DNA from: Octopus vulgaris
Taxonomy: Eukaryota
DNA length: 64,000 nt
Direction of reading: 5' to 3'
Assembly (NCBI GenBank): GCA_951406725.2
Contig: OX597817.1
Location: 67,022,001-67,086,000, forward strand
Both the position numbers and the translations under genes were made by a program. A model generated the notes under the pieces. It worked only from the letters and a program-made list of their open reading frames with translations. It was not told where the DNA came from and did not search any database. Shown here piece after piece: positions 34,644 through 48,939 of the stretch (the first letter of the stretch is position 1; each line of letters begins with the position of its first letter).

Positions 34644-37600
34644 TAATCTCAGTTATCTCCACAAAATACAGATCACTTTATGTTACGTTCTTCGGCTATG
34701 TCGATGGGATGATGATATGGAACAATCTATAAATCTGGCAAGATATGTATATCAAATGGATTTCGAATGTAAATTTGGAGCTGTGAATGATATTATACAA
34801 ACCAACAATAGCAACGACACCTACAGAGATATCAAAAAAAAAAAAAGATAATGCTAACAACAGTATTAGCTCCGTTACAAACGTCTGGACAAAGTATCTG
34901 GTCTGAGGATAACGATTTAGTCATTGTTTCATTGTCTTTAGTCTCTTTCTTCCACCAGTCTCGGATACTCCGAAAAAGTCATGGGCACTGTCCCTCTTCG
35001 ACTGACTATACTGTGTGCACGCACGTGATTCGATTATATGAACGTTTATATGTAATACACATGAAATTTGAATAAAAAATATATATGCATGTCTAACATA
35101 TAATATTTGAATTGTACACACACACACACTTAAATTTACGTATGCATCTATCTATCTATTTATCTATCTGTGTGGCGAGTGTGTGTTATATAAAACTTGA
35201 ATGTTTGATGTAAATATATATATATTGAACATATACATCATTAGTAAAAAATTGAAATAAAGAATGTATATATTTATACAATATATATAAAAATGGAATA
35301 TATATTTATATAGAATATATATATCAAATAATGAAAATAGTGAATGTTTCTGAAGTTGGAAAGGTATTTTGTCCTTTTGTTAAAAAGTATATGTTTGTTC
35401 ACTAACTTGATCCTTAATAAGTTCAGCTCCGTGTCAATCACAGAGTTTAAATGAGAGCTTCACAGTGACAGAAATTATTATTATTACTATCCGGTGGACA
35501 AGAAAATCCCGTTTACCCACGAAATAGTAACATTATTGCTATTTCTGACCTCCAAATATTTACATTAAGTTGCTGTTTTTGTTGTTGTTTTTTGTGCGAT
35601 AGTAGTTATTAATAATGTTGCCATTACTTCTGCTGTGTTTTCTTTGTTGTATGTTGTACACCAGTTGAATCAACATCAGGTATCACAGTAACCGTAAATT
35701 GCCAGAGAAGTTATTCTATGACTCCACCCAGAAAAATCTCATGATACGGTTTTTGTGTTACTTTTATAATAACAGACGACCCAGCGCTGTTGAAGCTGCT
35801 TAATCCTTTTATTTATTTTTGCTTTTGTTTTGTTACATTATACGTTCCCTGCGCACACAGGGATTTTGTTGGTGTTATTAAGGGGAGTAAAACTGGCTCA
35901 TGTCATTCGCGTAAAGCTGTTTCTATATATAACAGAACATACTACTGAGTAATTGGGTGCGTTATGTGTTGTATTTATAGTTGGCTTAAGGTTTAAATAG
36001 AGGGAATATGGCTTCCATCTTTTTTTTTTAACTAAGCGCATGTCAGCCTAAAGATTTATTTATACTCGCACTCACATACACCCTACATATCGCAGATGGA
36101 TATTTTTTTTTCTCTTTACCCAACGACATACCCTTTCACGAATGTATATAAATATTATATCTTGAAACCGCTTCATCATTGTTTGCCAAATAAACGACGA
36201 ATCCCTGTAAATAATTACATTTCATGGAAAAGAAACATTTTCCACATTCCTCAACCGAAAAGATTAGAGAATGTCCGTTTTCACAAATAGGCCCATCTAC
36301 AATTTATTCAAATTGTCTCTTTTTAACCCCCACACCATGACCCATGACCTACAACTATATTTACAGTTAAATGTCAGCATCGTTGAAACTCTATTTCAGT
36401 CAGGCGATGTTCTGTTTCGAATAACAAGCATTGATCACTCCTGACCATCAGGCCGAGGCGAAATGTCAATGATTACAACTTTTAGTTGTCTAGCCACAGG
36501 CCAGAATTGATCGAACAGACATGATCAAAGGTATTCCAGCCACTACCATTCCATCTTTAGGAGTGTAGTCATAACTACATAATCTAATGTATGTCCTACT
36601 CTTAAAAAAAACTGTTGGCATAGTTTGAGGGAAATTTTGGCTGTTATTTCTACCAGGCTTAGCCACAACTTTGAAGCTTTTTGATTGGTTTGAGTAATTG
36701 TAAGTTTTAAATAATCACTAGTATAAAAAAAATGCCCTAGTGGATAAACTATTGTGCTACCAGCTCTTTGGTTAAAAGTTCAAATACAATATATGCGCTT
36801 TCTTGTATCTTAAAGCTTTACTTTACATTTTTTTTTTTTGGTATTGATTCAGTTCATTTACTTGTTGTTAATAGCGATATCAGATCAGGTATACTGACGT
36901 CCTATTCCGACGTGGGTGAGGAGTCTTACCGTTTAATGATTTGGCACTGTGAAACTGAAGTTCGGTACTGGCTCTCAAGAATCTCAGTAAGTTGAAAAGA
37001 TGTTTGCTATTTCCTTTTATTCATGTGAGGTCCTAGTATATGATATCTTGAAATTCAATGATATTTGAACTGAAAAGGACATCATCCTCTCCACAGAAAC
37101 TCCCTAAAAAGAAATTCCCTCTTTTCCCCACAATTTACTTCTTTACTTTTCCTTACATTTAAGATATTAAATAGTTAGTGAATTGGCATAATGACCCTTC
37201 CGAGATACATGATATATTTGCCATGGACTTTAAAATAACGTTTATACCTCTGTGTGTGTGTCTGTGTGTAAATTTTTTTTTTCTTTGTAGATATTAGGGT
37301 GTATCGCCCAGGGTTTCTTTAGAACATCTTAGCGATTAGAGGACACCAAAGACCCAGTCTTCTCGATAAGACGGCACACTTGTAGGTTCCGCTAATAAAA
37401 ATCATACTCGTACAGTTGCAATGAATAACACAATAACATGTGTCTTTGTTTAGCGTCAGATCAGGCCTGATCAAGCAAACCTATTATAAAAGGCGTTTAG
37501 AAGCAATCTGTCTTTATTTTCAAATTTAGTGTATCTCGTAATACATTATTCAATATATCCCCTTGTTCTATTTTAGCGACAGTAGTGTGTAATATGAGAG

Positions 37601-40210
37601 TTATTTAATTGCAATTTCTAGTAGGTTCAGCTATCGAGTAAGATCCTTATTAAATGTAGGTGGCCGGAGTAATAAGCAGGAGCTAATGACACTTCTGGAA
37701 TACACCACCAATATTTTCACCAGTCAATAAATGCCCTAACAACTCGGGGCGTAACGAGATACTTACAAAGAGAAAAATCTTTTCTTTCTCTCTCTCTCTT
37801 TCTCTCTCTGTGTCTGTCTGTCTCTCTCTCTCACGTCAACTTTATTTTAAAGTCAATTCTAAGTCAAGTATATTATGTTGTATCTCGGGAGGGCCATTAC
37901 ACCAATAATAATAATTATTATTACACACACTGGTTCAATATCACTTCTTTTATTGTTATTCAATTAGTTAGATATCTAACTGACAAGCAAATCGATGATT
38001 TGTTTAATCTGTCTGTAGGTTGAACAAACAATCAGTTGTTTGTCAATGGTAAAAAGGTGGTGGGGGGAATGAGTGAGGTTGGTTGTGAGCATAGAACGTA
38101 AAGCAACATAACTAAAATTATAAGATACTTTAACTGGTGTCTTACTATTTCTATCAATTATGGCTACCAACAAGATCCCCTCTTTTTATTCACAATAAAG
38201 AGTTTTATAAATCGCCAATGTGTAAATCTGCCTACATTTACTTATGAAGTGACCCGAGTACGAATCTTTATTTATAATCCTTACACTTACAAATATAACC
38301 TTTGAGAAAACATATCTGTGCCAGCAAATAGTAGAAAGACGGCTGAGGCTTAGCAGACATTGTCTGAAATTTGCATTTCAGTCAAATAATCAAGTGGGAA
38401 CTGAGCCACGGAAGTATAAATCATGATGAGAGACCATAAAAATTATGAAGCTCTGCTTTAAACTTTTTCTGTATATTCGATACTTCTAAAACTAAGTAAT
38501 ATAATAGTTTAACTTTACTATTTGAAACTGAAGAAAGAAAACTTTTAACTGGATAATTCTCCAATGAAACGTTCCTTCTTTTATCGGTGAAAGAAGAAAA
38601 ATAAGTTCAGTATTTAAGTTGTTGACGTTTCCCCCTTATCAGATCTTGGAATCTCTGACTCATCAGTAGAAACGTCATATTTTAACCCAAACTTAACCTT
38701 TGTTCTCAATTGGCTTCTGTAGTTTCTAAGCATTTCAGAGCAAATTCTAGACTAATTTATTGTTGTAAAATTTGTGCTTAGATTTCAAGACAGGTGATAT
38801 CTTGAAGGGTTCGAAATGATAAAAAGCCGGATGCTATAATAAATTTAGCCTTCAGAGAATCTTCTTTTATTTTCATATATATATATATATATATACTTGT
38901 ATGGTGTGTGTGATAAAATGAAAGGAAAATAATATAAAAAAGATCGTCAGCGAAAAATTTATGAGACCCATATTAATTTGATGTAAAACAATGTCAATTG
39001 GGCGAAAAGAAACTTTTTAAAAATTAGAATTTCAACTAAATTAGTTCTCTTTATCGAAAAATAGTAATGGCTGCGTTCATAACGATACTGAACTAATTAC
39101 TAATTATTGAAATTTTAGCAATTCGTTTCATATCAACAACATTGTGTTGTATTTATGACCAAGGTGCTCGAAACTGATGATGTAAGGCAGTTTCATTAGT
39201 AGACAACAGTAACATTGTAAAATTGACGAGTCTTTTCCTAAACGCGCCGTCCCGTACTTAATTACTTTCGCAGAAACTAGCGAGTTTCTATGTAATGGCC
39301 AAATCTTTTGAAGATCTTGTCTTATAATTTTATAAAAATATGAGGACGTTGCCAGATATAGTTCTTGATATACTGGAAAAAGAGAAAAGACTAAAACATT
39401 TTTTATCATAGATCTCCTCGATCAGGTCTGACCCAGGGCTAAAGAACAGCAATAACTTTTGCGGGAAAAAATCTACCTTCAATACACTAATGTCCTTATT
39501 TATAAAGAGACTTAAATTTTACCTGCTTAAAACAACAAAACCCCTACACGATATAAACTCTCTCTCTCTCTCTGAATCTCTGTGATGTGGGAAAAATTAA
39601 ACTGCACTTGACGCGTAATCACAGGGATGTGAGTTCGAGTCTCATGGTTGACCGCCGACAGATTTTTCTGCAAAATATGGATAGTTTATCCTGTCTTTGC
39701 TATATTGTTAGCACTATTCTGCGTTTGAGAATAATATTATTTCCTTATCTACGTCATTTATTCTTACCTACGTCTTATATTTTTCATTAGACACAAAATT
39801 ATACACAAAGAGGAAAAAGAATTGTATAATGGTTCACCTTATTCTATGAGTAGTTTAAGTAAAGTAAAACTGCTTCAACTGGATATTGAAAGTATGTTGT
39901 GGTCTCTACATACTGGGAATGTCTCTCATCCTACAGTACTTAATTGAACACGTTTTTATTTAGTTTCTTTGATCTTCCATCAGCTATTACTGGAGTTGAC
40001 ATGCAACAGCAGAGAAGATATTAAATAGCCTTTTGAGCAGATGTTAAATTAAATGATAATACTTCAGATAATATTCTACCAGTTGGGCTGTCTCAGAGGA
40101 CATTCGCTTTCGTTTCGTCTATTTCGAAGGCTTTTAATGGAAACAAAAATATATTTTGTCATAGATTATATTTGTAACCATAAGATTCTCGTAGCGAAAT
40201 AAATGAAGAA

Positions 40211-40454
40211 CGGTGCTATGTCTTTTCGGTCACGTCTTTTCGTCCGACGTCTTTTTGTCTCATGATTTTTTTTGTCGAACGACAAATCCTATTAATAAAA
40301 TTCTCAATGATTACCTGATTTTGATGTTCACCTTGTTTTCTAAAGAGTTTATTTAAAAATTGGACAAAATGTCATTGGATAAAAAATCATCGGCTCAAAA
40401 GACGTCGGACCAAAAGACGTGGACGAAGTGATATCGGACGAAAAGTCGGATCAC
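40211..40454. mobile_element. Foldback/MITE-like element with ~15-bp periodic inverted arms
   Basis: Left arm tcttttcggtcacg, tcttttcgtccgacg, tctttttgtc; right arm ggctcaaaagacgtc, ggaccaaaagacgt, ggacgaaaagtc. Confidence 0.65.
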
Positions 40455-40487
40455 AATGAGGAAGAGTACTTGGTTTACGTTACAATC

Positions 40488-40549
<62 letters not shown>

Positions 40550-40701
40550 GGGAGTATGTATGGGTGATTTGTGTGGTGTTACAGAATACGTTTTGATAGA
40601 GACTTTTAGGTTTTCCTAAAGGCGAAGCTTTAAAGACCCAGTAATAATTAATTTTTAAAAATAAATATTTCATTCTGCTTTTAATATGGAGTTCTTGTTA
40701 A

Positions 40702-40915
40702 GTGGCAAACTGGCAGAATGGTTACTGCGCCGGGCAAAATGCTTAGCGGTATTTCGCCCGTCTTTACGTTCTGAGTTCGAATTCTACCAACATCGATTTT
40801 TCCTTTCATCCTTTCGGGATCGATAAAATAAGTACCAGTTTGGCACTGGGATCAATGTGATCGACTGGCCCACTCCCTTGAACTGGCTGATCTTGTGCCA
40901 AAATATGAAACCAAT
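40702..40915 (+). mobile_element. SINE family A (older)
   Basis: ggcaaactggcagaatgg..gagttcgaattc..cctttcatcctttcgggatcgataaaataagtaccag. Confidence 0.8.
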
Positions 40916-42176
40916 ACTGAGTTCTTGTGTCTGTAAATGTTTGATTGTTATTTTTAAAATGTCTTCAAAATAACAATCGAGCATTATATATTTGAGTGTG
41001 TGTATTTGTGTGTATGTCTTTTAATAGTATATAAAGTTTTCTATGAGAAGAGGTGTTGCTAGCCTTCTCACTCAATCCATTTTCTCCTTTCTGGAGAAAG
41101 GGACACAATGAGTGGACCCCCACGAACTTTCACACAGCGTAATGTAGCTGATTCTGTGGGCGGGGCCGAGTGAGAGAGAAATGAATGAACCCCAATACTT
41201 ATTTTAAAACCTGGTAGTTATTCCGTGGAGACAAACAAACATACGATGGGTTTTTGCACAGGTTTTGTCCACCAAATTCACTCACAAAGCATTTTTCGAC
41301 CTGGAGATATTGTAGTAGGAACTGAACCCGAAACCACATAATTGTAAAGCGAAATTCTTAATCACACAGCCACGCCTGTCTGCACATATTTATGAATAAA
41401 TTCATTACTGTTTCTTACTCTTTCAATCTAATCCCTGACAAAGAAATTAAGTTAGTGCGAAAATCCAAGTTTGGTATTTTACAGAATTTGTTGACTAAAA
41501 AAGAAAGGAAAGAAAACAATAATAATAGCTTGTATCGTTTCCAAGTTTACTTAAACGCATTGTTTTTTTCTTCAAGTATATACTTTACCCATAATGTCTA
41601 CAAAGAATTAAAAGTTTTCTGTATTTTTCTTTTATCTCTTTTGCAGTAATTAGCAAGGATCTCACTTGTTTCAAAGACTGTCATCACACTCAGGCCAACA
41701 GCTACAATAATTCACTGCTATGAAAGGCAGCCACGTGCTTTCATCGTTAAAAGATAGCGATATTCTTCTTTTTATATAACAATTAACGTTAATTAGTACA
41801 TATTATTAATGGTTAATTAGATCAGTTAATTTCTCTTCCATAAGCTGTTATTACCATCTTCTGAAAGTATATTTTTTTTCTCCTAATAATTATCTCTGCA
41901 CTCAGACGAAAATACTAGTGCCATTGACGCCAAAAAAACAATCATTTTTGTGTAACGGATGTGTGTGTGTGTAGATATAGATATGTATAAACACATACAG
42001 ATATATATATATATATAGGTAAAGATATGTGTATGTACACGCCCACATTCACGCGATACACATGCAGACGCACACATGCACACACATATGCACACACTCA
42101 CACACACGTTTACACACACACACACACACATATATATACATACACATACATAATATATATATATAAATTCGCGCGT

Positions 42177-42228
<52 letters not shown>

Positions 42229-43428
42229 CTATGTCAGCATGTAGAAGTGCGTACGTGTGAATTGTGTATATTTTTTATACACAGACATATACATACACTC
42301 ACGCACATTGTAGATATCCGTCAACACATACGAGTAGAAATAAGGTTAGGTTTTGTATATTTGTTCTTCGTATATCAGAACAGAGATCAATCTTCTAATT
42401 TCTTAAAACAATCTGAAAGAAATAGTTTTCCTTATTTAATTGTCAGGGAGTTGGGTTAACGTTAGATTTCCTCTTTCAATACGTCTTTCATCCGAGGCTG
42501 GAGGGTATATCAGCCAAAACGTTGTGTTAACAACAAACAAGATGAGGACAAATATCCGTCAAATATAAAAAATGTAAATAAAGTTGTCATTGGTTATAGG
42601 TTTTCATCAGACTAATGAAAAGTTCACTGCATTTCTGGCGGTGTGAGTGACAAGGATTTCGTTTGTTAAAGCTATGGATTTGGGGTATTCAGTAAAGTTG
42701 AGCCTCAATAAAATTCATACGGTCTTGTCATTTGAATTTCTGGCAAAAAAGTTCTCTTTTGGAACAGTGAAACTCGAAGCTAATAAAGCTATAACTAATA
42801 GCTATAAATAATAACCTTCAACTTTGCTATCCAGAGTGTCTTTAACCCAATTTTTACACGCTGTTATTTATAGCTTTATCTGCTTTGAGTTTCACTTGAC
42901 AAAAAAAAAAAAAGAAAAATTATTTCACGTTCTCTCGAAGTTTCTAAATTCTCATGATGTTAAAACAAAAGAAGTCTTTTTGTGTGTGCGTAGTTGGGGC
43001 AATTTTTCATTATTAGAATTATGCAGAGCTTTTTTAACATTCTATCCTGAGAAATTTATGTGATGATTGCTTGCATGTTCCCGATAAAGTTTCGTTAATA
43101 AATAAATAAGCCCATAAAATAAATAATACTATTATGAAGATAATGATTACCACTATATGTCACAGATATATCACTGATGAGATCTAATAAATATGAAATA
43201 TGACTGAAGTTGTCCCTGTATTATCAACAATCAGTCTCATTCACTACTGTTGAACTTTTGGACTTTACTCATAGGATATTGGAATATTGCATATGTACCA
43301 TTATGCCTATAAAATGGATTTACAACTTCAATGCCCATACATATCTTGCATCTGTTTTCTTTCTTCCACCTCACTCTCTATTTTGTATCACATCTAAACT
43401 AACTATGACTTAACTTTCCTCTCAAACC

Positions 43429-43480
43429 GTCTCCGATGAAAGGATATTATTAATAAATATCCTAGAAACAGCCGTAAAAC
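43429..43480 (+). ncRNA. Decayed minimal type I hammerhead ribozyme motif
   Basis: gtct CCGATGA a AGGATATT-loop-AATATCCT a GAAA cagccg TA aaac: perfect 8-bp stem II, one core mismatch, near-palindromic stem III. Confidence 0.5.
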
Positions 43481-43942
43481 CTTCTATCTATAAATGCTCT
43501 AATATCTATACAGCCTTGGCTTTTTTATTTTATCACGCAAAAAAATCTTATATATATATATTAGTATTTTAAGTTAAAGTGATATTACTAAGGGGAAGTT
43601 TTTTTAATATACTGCATATGGAAGATAAGTTATTAGAAATTTATTAAAAACAGTATATAATAATACATATATCTGTTTAATTAGGGGTACCATTTGAATA
43701 TTTACTAAACCATACGGGTAATATATGGTTAAGATTATATGTTGTAAGTTATTCGGATCAAATTCAAATAAGGGACAAAAGACCAAAAGTGACTGTACAA
43801 GTTGTTTCACTAAGTTGTTATTTATCGCTAAATTATGCTTAAAATGTATTCTTCGATGAAATGCATGAATTGTAATTCTCCATGCAACAACGTTTAGTTA
43901 CTAAATTAACGAACCAACTCAATATATATCCTTATATATCCT

Positions 43943-43987
<45 letters not shown>

Positions 43988-44436
43988 TTACATATTACTA
44001 AATTGTTGTTATTTATCGCTAAAATTGTTTAAAATCTATTTTATCTGACAAAATGCCTCAAATGCAAGACTATGTAATAGCATTGAGTCACTTAATTAAT
44101 ATACCCATCAGTCATCCAGTCCTTTAAAATATTTATCTGTCTATTTATTCAGTTAATTACTTTTAATGTTATATTTAAGAGGTGTGATGTTAATGGGGGT
44201 TTTTAAACTATGAATAGAATGAAGAAAGGTAATTCTGGTTTATCGAGGTCTATAATTATAATATTATACTCATTTAGGTCCATTATTGAATCAATCAATC
44301 AACTTATCAATCAGCCAATTAATTAATTAATCAATTAATTAATTAATTAATTAATTAATCAATCAATTAATTTATTGGTTCTGTAATGGGGTTGCATATC
44401 AATGTCTGTATCTGTATACACAAACATGCACATACA

Positions 44437-44498
<62 letters not shown>

Positions 44499-44814
44499 GT
44501 ACCCCCCTTCTGCTAACTTGATTCTGACCTTGAACTATCTCAACGGACAATCTCTTCTGCTTTCATCCAATCTGGTGTCAACGCATATAGATAGACAGTT
44601 TGTATCATTAATTTCATGGGCTCCTCGTGAGCGTTTGTCGAAAAGCTTGTGCATTTTGTTGGAGAATTAAGTTCCTGGATTTTCCTGAAGAGAAAGCTGC
44701 AAAATGGACCCCTTATTCAATCGGAATTAGGGACTTTGCAGACTTCGAAACATATGTCGAAAATAAAATAAAGGAATTTTGTTAAATCTTCGTTCAGCTC
44801 CATTCTTTCCTATA

Positions 44815-44866
<52 letters not shown>

Positions 44867-44909
44867 TGTATGTATATACCCATACACACATATTTTATCC
44901 CCCAAAAAA

Positions 44910-45915
44910 CTGATTAATACCAAAGGGTAGTACTAGATAATGTTATTATTTTATATACATGTGGGATGTAATTAAATGTAAAGTATAAGCCAGTCAATGT
45001 TTATTTGTTAAAAGTACCAGCAGACATAAACATATACATACCTACCTAAGCCTACATATATGTGTGTGCATACATAAATATATATATACACAAGTGCGTG
45101 CACAAATATACATATGTACGCACATATCCATATATATTAATACAAAAGTAGCAACAATAGTAATATATATTCTCACATACATACTTGTATATAATTATAG
45201 CTAACTTAATATATATCCTCTTTTATATATATACCTGAATAGTTATCACATATTATATAATACAATATAATAACAAAAACTCGAACAATAATAATAATAA
45301 TCATTATTATGTCAGTAGGGGTATTTTAATAGTATCTTCTTGTGGTATTTTGGAAAGGTATGCCCAATTTTATGAAGACAGGAAACATTGCATTCCTTAA
45401 AGCTATTAATAAGCGGAATTTTAGTCCCAATTATAAATAAAATTTCGTTAATACACAACATACATTTTCTATTTTTAGTATTATACACAGGTGCTGTTGT
45501 TAATATTTTCCAATTTAAATAATAGTTAATTCCTCCATCCCTAAGTTCCCATATATAACTACTCAACCCTGTAGAATTTCTCCTATTTGTTTCTCTAAAT
45601 GTATAGTTATGATAATTAAGTCTCTGTTTCATATTGTTTTTTGTCGCTCCCACATATACCTTGCTGTTATATTGTGTACTTACTATACATTAATATACTA
45701 CCTCATTTCAAATGCAGTTATTATTAAATACACAATTATTATCTATTCTACCATCACATATTCTGTGTGGCTGTGTAGGGTTTATGTTATTGGGTTGACA
45801 GTTATATTATTAGCTCTGTGGCTATTGTTGATCCCAGTAATGCTGTTATTGCTAATACTATTGTGATCATTAATGTTAGTATTATTACTATTATTATTTA
45901 CACTTCCATTGTTTC

Positions 45916-45967
<52 letters not shown>

Positions 45968-46074
45968 GTTGTTGTTGTTGCTGTTATTATTATTATTATT
46001 AATATTATTATTATTATTGTTGTTGTTGTTGTTATCATTATCCTTATTATTGTTATCACCAACCACACCATTTC

Positions 46075-46122
<48 letters not shown>

Positions 46123-47252
46123 CCTTATTATTGTTATCACCAACCACACCATTTCTATTATTATTATTATTATTATTATCATTATTATTGTTATCACCAA
46201 CCACGCCATTACTATTATTATTATTATAGTTGTTGTTGTTGTTGTTGTTATTATCATTATTATTATTATTATTGTTTATGTTTCTATTCTGTTATTTTTT
46301 CTACTTAGATAGGTGTCTAGTTTTCTATTGTTAACTGAGGAGATGATGGTAGCTAGGTTATCTGTTAGACTATATCCTATTCTTATTGTCTTGTTGTTGA
46401 TTATATCCCAATATTTGATTTTCCATTTGTAAAATGTTTGTTAATTAAGCTAAAAATTGTTTTTACTATGTTATTCTTGATTTGCCTAGCAAAAGGGTTT
46501 ATATAGTATCTATTTTGTTATTTCCCTTATTAGGGCTGCTTATATTATGTGTAAGTTCTCTGTTATTATTCTTATTTCATTTTTATATTTAATAATACTA
46601 TTTTTGTTATAATTTTTCCTATTATTACTAATGATTTTATTATTGTTATTATAATTGTTGTTGTTGTTGCTGTTATGCCTATTATTATTTTTTATGGGTT
46701 TTCTTATCGTATTTTTAATATTTCTTTATTATTATTATTTCTATATTTATCTTTGGTAGTGTTATATTTGTCTAAATTTTGTGGGTTGGAGGTAGTTACT
46801 CTATCCTGGCTATTATAGTTAGTATTATTGGGGATGTATATAATTTTACCTTTATATCCTGCATTTTTTAATGCTATATTGTATTTTTCTTTATGTTTAT
46901 TAAATATCTCTGCATTAGAGGAGAGGTTTGAAATTCTTTTCCTTATATTTAATAGTAGGGCTTTTTTTAATTGCGAGGGATGGTTACTAGAATTATTTAT
47001 ATATCTTAATGTAGAGTTTTCTTTTATATAAGGCTCATGGAGTCCGGTATTTAGACTACATTTTGCATCTAAGAGAGTATTATATTAAGTTAGCTATAAT
47101 TATATACAGGTATGTATGTGTGATTATATATTACTATTGTTGGTACTTTTGTATTAATATATGTGGATATGTGTATATATATATGCATCTTTGTGCACGC
47201 ACTTGTGTATATATATATTTATGTATGCATACACATATATGTAGGTTTAGAT

Positions 47253-47286
<34 letters not shown>

Positions 47287-47485
47287 TTGTGCACACACTT
47301 ATGTGTATATATATATGTATGTATGCAAACTCATATATGTAGGTTTAGGTAGGTAGGTATATGTTTATGCCTGCTGGTATCTTTAACAAATAAATATTGA
47401 CTAGCTTATAATTTACATTTAATTACACCCCACAAGTATATAAAGTAATAGCATTATCTAGTACGACCCTATTGACTTAATCAGT
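44910..47485 (-). mobile_element. Penelope-like element remnant (RT thumb, linker, GIY-YIG) bounded by long inverted repeats
   Basis: SLNTGLHEPY..SSNHPSQLKK..RISNLSSNAEIF..ALKNAGY (46830-47070); INPFARQIK..HF..IINNKTIRIGYS..LATIISS (46330-46500); VVY*C..YVGATKNNMKQRLNYH..CMLC..CLH (45312-45760). Inverted repeats at 44910-45222 and 47072-47485. Confidence 0.88.
45312..45760 (-). pseudogene. GIY-YIG endonuclease domain of the Penelope-like element
   Basis: CDGR..CVFNNNCI*NEVVY*CIVST..KVYVGATK..QRLNYH..STGLSSYIWEL..WKIL..CMLCINE; two in-frame stops. Confidence 0.85.
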
Positions 47486-47931
47486 TATATATATATATAT
47501 AATATATGAATATATAATATATATAAATATATGTATATAAAATATATAAGTATGTATAAATATATATGTAATATATAAATATATATATATAATATATATA
47601 ATATATATATATAATATATATGTAATATAAATATATAGTATATATTTGATATTTAAATATTTATATATAATATATAAACATATATAATATAATATATATA
47701 TATGATACATAAATATATGTATATATATGATATATAAATATATATATATATATAATATATGATATACAAATATATATAATGTATATATAATATATAACTA
47801 TATATATATAATATATGATATATGATATACAAATATATATAATGTATATATAATATATAACTATATATATATATAATATATGATATATAAATATATATAA
47901 TGTATATAATATATATATATATGATATATGT

Positions 47932-48155
47932 GGAGGCGCGTGGCTTAGTGTTTAGGGTGTCAGCATCATGATCGTAAGATTGTGGTTTCGATTCCTGGAC
48001 CGGGTGACGCGTTGTGTTCTTGGGCAAAACACTTCATTTCCCGTTGCTCCAGTCCATTCAGCTGCCAAAAATGAGCGACGCTGCGATAAACATACGCCAT
48101 ACAAACCGAGAAACCGGGCCGATGAGCCTGGTTAGGCTTTAAAAGGGCGCATTTA
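47932..48155 (+). mobile_element. tRNA-derived SINE family C (CORE-like)
   Basis: GGAGGCGCGTGGCTTAGTG (A box), GGTTTCGATTCC (B box), tgtgttcttgggcaaaacactt core-like block. Confidence 0.8.
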
Positions 48156-48207
48156 TATTTTATTATATATAAATAATTATATAATATATATGTAATATAA
48201 ACAGAAT

Positions 48208-48420
48208 ACTCTTTTACTTGTTTCAGTCATTTGACTGCGGCCATGCTGGAGCACCGCCTTTTTTAATCGAGCAACTCGACCCCGGGACTTATTCTTTTGT
48301 AAGCTCAGTACTTATTCTATCGGTCTCTTTTGCCGAACCGCTAAGTAACGGGGACATAAACACACCAGCATCGATTGTCAAGCAATGCTAGGAGGGCAAA
48401 CACAGACACACAAACACACA

Positions 48421-48472
<52 letters not shown>

Positions 48473-48622
48473 TACGAAAGGCTTCTTTCAGTTTCCGTCC
48501 ACCAAATCCACTCACAAGGCTTTGTTCGGCCCGAGGCTATAGTAGAAGACACTTGCCCAAGGTGCCACGCAGTGGGACTGAACCCGGAACCATGTGGTTG
48601 GTAAACAAGCTACTTACCACAC
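48208..48622 (-). mobile_element. Young SINE family B with internal (TA)n
   Basis: Reference-like copy ending aagctacttaccacaca on the plus strand; shows the uninterrupted head context. Confidence 0.9.
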
Positions 48623-48939
48623 AAATATATATGTTTAAATATATATATATAAAATTTAAATATATATATGCATATATATACATACATATGTATACATACG
48701 TATATATGTTTATATATATTCATATATGTGTACAGGACGTCACAAAACGTAAACAACATAAAATACGAAAACAACATGAAATACAAAGTGTATATATATG
48801 TATGTGTGTATGTAAGTATGTATATATATGTATGCATTTGTATTTATGTGTATTAATATTTATATGTATGTGTATGTATATGTATGTATATATATATGTA
48901 TGTGTATAGATGTATCTATGTATGTATATGTATGTATAA

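Noticed and set aside
35880-35950. TATA-like ctatatataa promoter candidate
   Set aside because: Common by chance in AT-rich DNA; no downstream exon identified.
41620-41760. Strong splice-acceptor-like ttttgcag with a short open frame
   Set aside because: No matching donor or recognisable peptide.
45690-45715. In-frame TGA in the PLE endonuclease as possible selenocysteine
   Set aside because: The TGA is not at a conserved Cys position and a TAA follows six codons later; ordinary decay is more likely.
47932-48005. Possible tRNA gene
   Set aside because: A and B boxes continue into a SINE core and tail; no convincing full cloverleaf.
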